In this document: piece by piece, positions 55,520 through 64,000 of the stretch
How positions within the stretch are numbered: position 1 is the stretch's first letter
Layout: each line of letters starts with the position of its first letter
Origin: Chrysomallon squamiferum
Taxonomy: Eukaryota > Animalia > Mollusca
Assembly: GCA_012295275.1 (NCBI GenBank)
Contig: CM022665.1
Coordinates: 27,776,001-27,840,000 of the forward strand
DNA: 64,000 nt
Direction of reading: 5' to 3'
Notes under the pieces: generated by a model
Seen by the model: the letters and a program-made list of their open reading frames with translations, nothing else
What the model was told of the DNA's origin: nothing
The model's database searches: none
Made by a program: the position numbers and the translations under genes

Positions 55520-56406
55520 ATAAAGACAAAGATATATGTTGTTATGAATTTATATATTAAACTATAAAAATACAATTTATATCTGTTCGATTCATTTTAA
55601 GAAATAATTATTTTATTAATTTAAACATCGAACGAAAGACAGCAAGAATCACCACTGTATCTGTATTTACCTTCAAAGGATAAAAAGATAAGCTTTAAGT
55701 TTAAATAAATGATACGCAACACCTATTTGCTATTAGGAATTCCTTTTTCTTTTTTTTCTTTTTGAAATTATTATCGTGGTAATATTTTTTAAAAAGTGTT
55801 CTTCTATCCCAGTTTTTCATTTGTTTTGAATGCGATTTGCTCGAGTATAGTTACAAGAAAATTCAGGTTGTACTGTTGACCATCGGTTTCATTGAATTTC
55901 GGAAAATTTGTAAAACAAAATCACAAAATTTTATCTTACTTCCATTTCCCAGATGCAGATCTGCAACTCGCGAAGTGTTGTAAATATTTGTGAGCTGAGC
56001 GGCAGCACAGTGTTTCCTGCAAATGATAGCCATTTGTTTTATTTTTATTTTTATTTTTTTTTTCATTTTTTACTGTAACTAAAATATTTTTTGTGACTAG
56101 CAAGCAATGACTTTTCTGGGTTCAACAGGAAAAAGTGAAAAAGAAAAAAAAAAGGTGCATCTTAATGATGATCAGAAGTTGGCAGTGATACTTCTTGAAA
56201 AGGTGTTTATGTATGGTGTTTTACGTTATTATATTACTGTATTATATAGGTGTTATGTGTATTAAAATTTAGTATTTAGATAAATTTCAAGGTTAATGAT
56301 TGCATTCGCGATTTTCTAGACTTTAGCATTTTTCAGACCGGTTTTCTCCTGTTCCGCGAATAGTTCGTGAAATCGGAATCAACACTGCATTGCTCAAATC
56401 ATCAGA

Positions 56407-56434
56407 TGACGTCATTTCACATAAAGCGACGTCA
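56407..56434 (+). promoter_or_regulatory. Double CRE, K14 promoter
   Basis: TGACGTCA at 56407 and CGACGTCA at 56427. Confidence 0.72.
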
Positions 56435-56837
56435 TAGGTAATACGTTACGGCAACCGTTTAATTACAAAAATACAAAAACAAATTCAACAACAGTTGCTG
56501 TGGTGAAAGGTTAATCCTTTTTCATCGGGGTATATCTTTTCAAATACAGAGTTATGAAGCATCATCATTTAATTATATATATATAAATACTTTCTGAAAA
56601 GGACTTATATTATTTATAAACTTATTTATATATCCGTTTAAAATAAACTTTAAAATTTTTCTTTTTTAAAATTATCGTTAATTTAAAATTTGATTTATTT
56701 ATTTATGTAAAAAATTTATGTTTTATTTTATTTAAAAAAAAAAAAATTCAACATTTTAATTAATTAATTAATTAATTTATTTATTATTATTAATTAATTT
56801 TTTTATTTTATTTTTATAATTTTTTTTTAGATTCAAG

Positions 56838-57389
56838 ATGAAGATTGTTCTTTTGTTTCTGTTGTTGCTGATTGTGTACAAAGTATCGGCAGTCAGTAAG
56901 TATATTTATATTTTTAAAAAATCATATTTCATCCATTTATTTGTTTATTTTCTTTCCAGCTCACAGATTCTTTATTTTAATTTCAGCAATATACTTTGCA
57001 AATGACGACAGACATCGCTGTAATGCTTGTACTAAAATAATACTTTTTTTTATATTTTTTATTTTTATTACGTATATCAATTTTATTAAACTGGATTTAG
57101 ATGAGGCCTGGGCTATGGAAAACTTTAGAGGCTCTTTTTTTTTCTTTCTCTCAAAGTGGCATATATACGTTTCATGTATTTGTTTCCAGGCCGATGCGAT
57201 ATGCCGATCGATCAAGGCAAGCTCTGCCCCGATGATGATGATGATGATGATGATTACCCCATAAAGAGATGGTACTACAGCGCCAAGGCCGATGCCTGCA
57301 TCAAAAAGAAGTACTACGGGTGCGGAGGGAACGGCAACCGATTCAAAACGAAGGAAGCATGTGAAGATCTGTGCGTGGATGATGACTAG
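56838..57389 (+). CDS. Secreted Kunitz gene K14, join(56838-56895,57190-57389)
   Basis: Signal MKIVLLFLLLLIVYKVSAV, GTAAGT donor 56896. SRCDMPIDQGKLCPDDDDDDDDYPIKRWYYSAKADACIKKKYYGCGGNGNRFKTKEACEDLCVDDD*. Confidence 0.93.
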
Positions 57390-57518
57390 TCGTTTTAACA
57401 ACTAGTTCAGCGGTTCGCGATTCCTTCGATTGGCTGTGTATTCTTAGATTATTTCGTTTTCATTAAATTGCATTTAGATCGTTATAACTTTGTCTGTTTT
57501 ATTTATTAGTGTATTAAA

Positions 57519-57560
<42 letters not shown>

Positions 57561-58046
57561 CACTGCTAGTACTACTACGACTATTACTACTGATACTTCT
57601 ATCCGGTAAGCTTGGTATCGGAGGTGGTAGGGATTTTCTGAATTTGCGTCATTTCTGCATACAGGTTAAAAATATGTTTATAATATAAAATGAAAAATAA
57701 AGAAAGAAACGGTGTTCTTGAAATGTCTTTATAGAATATCATCCATAATAAATAGTATCAAAATTAAACGAAGAAAAGAAAGAAAATAATTTTTATACAT
57801 CAGTACACTTCTTATTACACTTATTGTACCATGTTTAATATATCGGATGAAAATGAAATGAAAAAAAAAAAAAAAAAAAAAACTGAAAAAAAGAGTAAGA
57901 TTTTATTATTTAATGACAGTCTCACTTAAACTGTCATTATTCAAAGCAAATCGGAAACCGGAACAAGTTGGCCCGTCGACGAACTACAACGAGCCAGATT
58001 TAAAATCAGTCAGGTTTTTCTGTTTTATATATATATAATAAATAAA

Positions 58047-58097
<51 letters not shown>

Positions 58098-58602
58098 TAC
58101 AATAAACAGTTCAGGAGAACAACTTAGGATATTGTCCTTATTCTGCGAAGGCAAGAAACCGGAATTAACCGAGATTTGCCGAGCGGTTTTCCCTAGTATT
58201 TACTTCACAACATAAAATCTATCTTTTTATCTTTATTCTAAAGACCAACGTAATAACAATTGCATAAATCAATCATTTTTCGTGGGATTTAACTTTTTCC
58301 CTTAATCATGGGCTTATGGAGATTCAGGGGACAAAGATGCTATTCGCATGAAATTGTACACAAATAAAAACACAAATACAAATTTATTCTTGCTTTGATA
58401 AAAAAATTTTCACTGTTTTTCTCGTTTTTTGGGAGGGCTGTTGCCACTCTTCTTGCTGAGTTCTATACAATTATTAAATAATAACCAAAATTAAAGAAAT
58501 TAGTTCCTAAATAGTATAAATGTATATAACTGAAGTTGTGTATTCAGAGATAATATAAACAGCTAAACTATATTATTAGTTTTCACTGGAAAAAAAAAAA
58601 AA

Positions 58603-58637
<35 letters not shown>

Positions 58638-59413
58638 GTAAGTAAAGAAGTAATAAAAATGTAATAAATAAATAAAGAAGTAATAAAAATGTAATAAATA
58701 AATAAATAATCTCATAAATACAAATGTGAAAAAAAACTGTATCACAAAGAAATATCTAGTGAAAAAAAAAAACACATAAAAAAAAAAAAAAACAACAATG
58801 AAAAACACAAAAAAAAAAAAAAACAACAACCACAGCAAAAAATAAAATAACAAGCAACAACAAAACAACAATGAATAATCATTCATTCCTTATCAGACCA
58901 CGGCGGCAGTAATGTCTGATTCGTTTGCAAAAAAATTAGACGTGAATCACTCTCATGTTAACGTTGATGTCCCAGTCAGAACTGATTTTATACATTAACC
59001 AGTGTACTTATTCAAAATCATCTGATGACCAAAACGATACAGTTAATAATTATTAATGACGTTATTTTATGTGGTGTGATATTAACATGATATTCTGTGT
59101 AGTACAAGCTTGAAGGAAAACTGGATTTCCTGCTACAGGGGATGCATGCAGAATCCATTTGTTTTATATTTATAAACATATATATATATATTGTTGTTTT
59201 TGAGTTGTTGTTGTTGTTTTGTTGGGTGGTTTTTTTTTTTTTACATATTTTAATATTGTCGTTTAACTTTAATTATACTATTTTCATTTATTCATTTTCG
59301 ATACCCCAGAGACATTCAATAACTAATATATTTATGTGCTGTGATATCGCTAAACATTTTTATTCATAAACTGAGATCAGGCGTCATTGACGTTGTTTAC
59401 TTATCTACTACAA

Positions 59414-59421
59414 TGACGTCA
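59414..59421 (+). promoter_or_regulatory. CRE, K15 promoter
   Basis: TGACGTTG upstream, TGACGTCA, then CACGTTA. Confidence 0.72.
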
Positions 59422-59603
59422 ACAAATGCACGTTATTAACTTGATAGTAACCTTTTTCTTCATCTTCTTTATTAATAATGTCTGCTGTCATATTCAGTTT
59501 ACATATATCAAAGTAAAGCTTTTAATAGAGCGTACATGTTTATATTTAAAATTCGTAACAAACACTACATTTGAAACAATTTGTGTCTGGTTTGAGATTT
59601 GTT

Positions 59604-60210
59604 ATGAAGTTTCTTTATTTCTTTATACTTTTACTGCTTGTTTATAAAGTAACTGGCCAAAGTAAGTATTATGAGTATTATATAAATATACTAAATTCTG
59701 GCTTTGTTTTGATATGTTTTCTGATATGGTGTAATATCATATCATATCATATCATATAAGAGATGACATTATTATAACTTTCATATTCCTGTAACCATAA
59801 TTAACATAATCATTATCATCATCATCACCGTTATCATTATTACCATCACTGGTTTTTGTTTTTTTATATTTTTTTATTGCTGTTGCTATCGTCCGTCATC
59901 TTTACCATTATCGTTATCGTTAAATAAATACTTATTTTCATTACGTAATCTTCACCAAGTTGTGTAACAAGAAATTTTTATATTTGTTGCAATATCAGAC
60001 AGGTGCGAGTTGAAAATTGATCAAGGAATGGTGTGTGATGGTCTTGCTGATAATGAAACTGATAATGATGATGATGAAACGACGTGGCTGATGTGGTTTT
60101 ACGGCTCCAAAACTAACTTGTGTTTCCAGTTAGAGTATTTTGGATGTGGCGGAAATGGCAACAGATTCAAAACTGAAGCTGAATGCTTTCATGCATGTAT
60201 CGAAGAATGA
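59604..60210 (+). CDS. Secreted Kunitz gene K15, join(59604-59661,59999-60210)
   Basis: Signal MKFLYFFILLLLVYKVTGQ, GTAAGT donor 59662. NRCELKIDQGMVCDGLADNETDNDDDETTWLMWFYGSKTNLCFQLEYFGCGGNGNRFKTEAECFHACIEE*. Confidence 0.92.
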
Positions 60211-60358
60211 TTTTTGAGTGATTATGACATATATTTATTTTTGTTTTATTTTATTTACTGATAAGAAATTTCAGTTCTTGACGTGAAAAAAAAAAAAAGA
60301 AAGAAAAACAAAAGAATAATAAACTATTTTTAAATATAAGAATAGAATTATGTTGTCT

Positions 60359-60395
<37 letters not shown>

Positions 60396-60442
60396 TATTA
60401 TTATTATTATTATTACTGTTGTTGTTGTTGTTGTTATTATTG

Positions 60443-60495
<53 letters not shown>

Positions 60496-60868
60496 AAATT
60501 TCTCCGAACCTTAAAATACCTACATTTTTGAGAAATCATCATAATTTTACTATCATTATAAGTTTATCAAACTAGCAGCCATTTTGTTAATTATACGGCA
60601 CTGGAGAAAGATGTCAGACCTATTTTTCAATTAGATATAAGCAACGCTTTACGGAAATTCAAACCAGGTACTGATTTTATTTTCCTATTTAAATGCACTG
60701 GTCAAGGGATGGGAATTTTATACTTATGATTGATTTGTTAGGCAGAATACTTTCCCTGAGAACTTGATTTAAGTGTCCATATAGACAGTGAAAATTTAGG
60801 TAATCAGACAATTTTGCGAATAATTTTAAATATGATGATATGCTTTCATCTCGTTATTTTTGTATTTT

Positions 60869-61238
60869 TAATGTATTCTGAGGTTATAAATGACTAATTT
60901 AGCTCAGTTAGTGATTGAAAAAAAAAAATATTATCTATGTTATTTTCACTGCCAGAATGCTAAATTATTTACAGGCTCTCATTCTGCACGAAAAATCTTA
61001 TGTACTTATATAATTCGGTCCGTTATTACATATTTCATTCAAATATAGTCTTTTGTATCTGTAATGTATTCTCAGGTTATAAACTACTAATTTAGCCCAG
61101 TTTGTGATTGAAATAAATATATCATCTATGTTATTATCACTGCCAAAATGCTAAATTATTTATAGGCTCTCCTTCTGAAAAATCTTATGTACTTATATAA
61201 TTCGGTCAGTTACTGAATACTTCATTCAAATATAGTCT
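60869..61238. repeat. Imperfect two-copy ~190-bp tandem duplication upstream of K16
   Basis: taatgtattct(g/c)aggttataaa...ttcattcaaatatagtctt starts at 60869 and 61062. Confidence 0.85.
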
Positions 61239-61380
61239 TATAGTTTAATATGCGGTTTTAATATTTACATTCATTTACTTTGCACTGACACTGGATTTTG
61301 TTTACTAGCTGTAATGACGCTACATACTGATTCATAAATCGAGATACGGGTTAGTGACGTTGTCTACCTTTTGAAATATG

Positions 61381-61388
61381 TGACGTCA
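61381..61388 (+). promoter_or_regulatory. CRE, K16 promoter
   Basis: TGACGTTG upstream, TGACGTCA, then AACGTTA; donor at 61517. Confidence 0.72.
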
Positions 61389-61611
61389 CTAAATAAACGT
61401 TATTAGCAAACGACAATCATTCTTTTCTTTGTCGTCTTCTTCGTCGTCTTCGTTTTTTGTTGTTTTTTGTGTGTTTTTTTTTAAATTGTCGTCTCTTTTA
61501 CTTCGTTAGTAACAAGGTAAATATATTTTGGGGAGTGGAAGCTAAAATATCCTTAAAATGTATTATTTTTTAACACTGCAATTTTAACTGTTTGAATTTC
61601 TTTGCAGTTCG

Positions 61612-62304
61612 ATGATGAAGTTTTTCTGTTTGTTTCTTCTTTCGCTGCTTCTTTACAATGTGTGTGCACTGCGTAAGTATTTTTTTTTTTTTTTTTATAC
61701 AAAATATTACTGAAATCTACCTAATATAATATATGCGATATATTCTGATATTAATTCATAAAATATGATTCGTTATGATACAATAAAATACTATAGGTAA
61801 TAAATGAAATATGATATTTTATGACATATGATACATTTTTCATCACAATTAATAATTTACTGTTACAATTAATGTAACTTTTGTTGTTAGTGCTGGTGGA
61901 CGTAGTAGCAGCAGCAGCATCAGCATCAGCAACAACAACCGAGGCCGCAGTAGTCGTAGTTTGTGGTAGAAGCATCGTTGTTTTCAAGATTGTTCTTGTT
62001 AGCTAAATACCTATTTTCATCATAATAATAGTCAGATGCTTGTAAGACAAGTGTGTATTTATTTAATTTTAATTATATGTTTTTTGAAATATCAGAAAGA
62101 TGCGAATGGAAAATAGATCAAGGAATGGTTTGTGATGATCTGCCTGATGAGGAGGAAGAAAACATATCGCCTTTGTTGATGTGGTTTTACGGCTACAAAA
62201 CGAACTCGTGTGTCCAGTTAGAGTATTTCGGATGCGGCGGCAACTACAACAGATTTGATAATTACACCGATTGCTTTTACACGTGTGTTGAAGATATGTT
62301 TTGA
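61612..62304 (+). CDS. Secreted Kunitz gene K16, join(61612-61672,62096-62304)
   Basis: Signal MMKFFCLFLLSLLLYNVCAL, GTAAGT donor 61673. QRCEWKIDQGMVCDDLPDEEEENISPLLMWFYGYKTNSCVQLEYFGCGGNYNRFDNYTDCFYTCVEDMF*. Confidence 0.92.
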
Positions 62305-62456
62305 GTTGTTTGTTGATTTGGTTTATTCTATTCTGTTTTATTTTATTTTACTTTACTATAATCCATAAAATGTAAACAAACTCTTTTTTTTTTTTTTTGT
62401 GGGGGACTTGAAAAAAAAAAATTAAAATATCATCCTGTTTATATTATTTCTTACCT

Positions 62457-62489
<33 letters not shown>

Positions 62490-62857
62490 GAAAAGTAAAA
62501 ATGAAGGAAAAGAAGAACATTATCCTGCATTAATGTAACTGACCTTTTGAAAATTGCTTCATAATTTTGTTTCACTATTTTATCAAAGAAAGGAATATTT
62601 AATATGATGTGCAGGATCTGACAAACATATCATACATGTTCTGTTAGATTACAGACAACGCTTTATTAAAGCTCAGCACAGGTAGAATGTTTCTACATCT
62701 TTTTAGAAGCAAAGATGGAGGGTTTGGGTTTTATATTTTTGCTACGGTTTATTATCAGCTTAAAGAATAACAGTCAGTTTATAAGTTAGGTGTTCATAAA
62801 AAATATGGAATAAATTATTATTTAAGGGATCTTTCAGTCTGGTCTTGCAGACTTTTC

Positions 62858-62888
<31 letters not shown>

Positions 62889-63600
62889 TTAATTAATCTC
62901 TATATTCTTTTCTTTACTACATATCGCCGTGTGAAAGCATATTTCTTTTAGCTGAGAATTTTTATCACAAAAATACAAAGATAGCAACAGTCATTAAACA
63001 GTCCTTGAATTTATTATTTATTTTTAATCGCTGACAGGCTGAAACATTTTGTATTTCATAATTCAGCAAACTTTAATGTACTATGTCTCTGAACTTGATT
63101 TGATTTTTTGTTTTGTTTTTTTCTAGCTGGAAAAATGATGCGACTGCAGTCATGAATCGGCCATTTTTCCTGGAGACAGTATTGGAAAGTGACAGCTTCC
63201 TCTATGAAATTCTCTACATCATATTAAAATTTAACTCATTAATCTGAATAAAGAACAGCAGCTTAATTTGTTTTAGTTTTTATAACTGTCTTACCTGTGG
63301 TATGTGTGTGTATATGTATATATATATAGAATTATTAAGATCTGTTTAAATAATAATTTAATATATATAAAAGTATTATTTAAACAGGTCTTAATAATGT
63401 GTTTCAACGTAGTTTTGTGATTTTAACATTTACATCAATTCCTGCGAAACTGAATTATATTTATAATAAGAACTGTAAACTACCAACACATCTGTGAACT
63501 GTGTTGTATTCACTGTTGGTGGAATATTAGCCAACAGTTTTCATTATAGTGAGAATGAAAAATCAGAAAAAACAAAAAAAAATCTTTAAATCTTAAATCT

Positions 63601-63643
<43 letters not shown>

Positions 63644-63733
63644 GCACAGTCACACACATTACGAGCTACGGTATCGCTATTATTGATAAATCGAACTCAT
63701 GGATCAGTGACGTTGTCTACCCATCTAAACCGG

Positions 63734-63741
63734 TGACGTCA
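63734..63741 (+). promoter_or_regulatory. CRE, K17 promoter
   Basis: TGACGTTG upstream, TGACGTCA, then CACGTTA; candidate donor at 63821. Confidence 0.72.
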
Positions 63742-63910
63742 CTGAATACACGTTATTACCAGAAAATAGTAATTTCGTTGTCGACTTAAGTAGTTTCTTT
63801 ATTTTAGATGAATTAAGAAGGTGCGTGTTTTATTTGCACAATAAAGCTGTGATACCTTTGATATCCTGAACTAACTATAAGTTTAACAATTGTATTTCTT
63901 CACATTCGTG

Positions 63911-63968
63911 ATGAAGATTCTTATTACATTTATGTTCTTTCTGATGTTGTACAGAGCTTCTGCGTCAA
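63911..63968 (+). CDS. Signal-peptide exon of a 17th array member (K17); its Kunitz exon is expected beyond the window
   Basis: MKILITFMFFLMLYRASAS, then phase-1 GTGAGT at 63969. Preceded by the family promoter at 63734. Confidence 0.85.
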
Positions 63969-64000
63969 GTGAGTACATTCATTAATTATGAATACGGTAC

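Overview
This is AT-rich, microsatellite-laden, intron-containing animal DNA. The repeat landscape looks invertebrate, possibly molluscan, but the taxon cannot be fixed from sequence. The window is dominated by a head-to-tail, all-plus-strand tandem array of small secreted single-domain Kunitz/BPTI genes: 16 intact Kunitz exons, the first exons of a 17th gene at the right edge, and two decayed remnants. Most units share one design: a proximal CRE palindrome (TGACGTCA) with a second ACGT half-site, a short leader exon, a signal-peptide exon ending in a phase-1 intron, and a Kunitz exon with the stop codon. The domains keep all six Cys and the GCGGNxNRF motif. The reactive-site loop is atypical: P1 is never Lys/Arg (Pro in 10 of 16), and the C2-C3 spacing is 20-28 aa instead of 15 because of a hypervariable Asp/Glu-rich insert that often ends in Tyr-Pro and is encoded by GAT/GAA-type repeats. 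Two paralogues appear to have their ATG split by intron 1. A ~3.35 kb 50/54-bp satellite and a ~16 kb transposon-rich block interrupt the array. That block holds L2/CR1, Tx1/L1, MULE, Tigger-like, Tc1/mariner and SINE-like relics, plus an orphan type II membrane-protein exon. All gene models were read by eye from GT/AG sites and phase, without transcript evidence.
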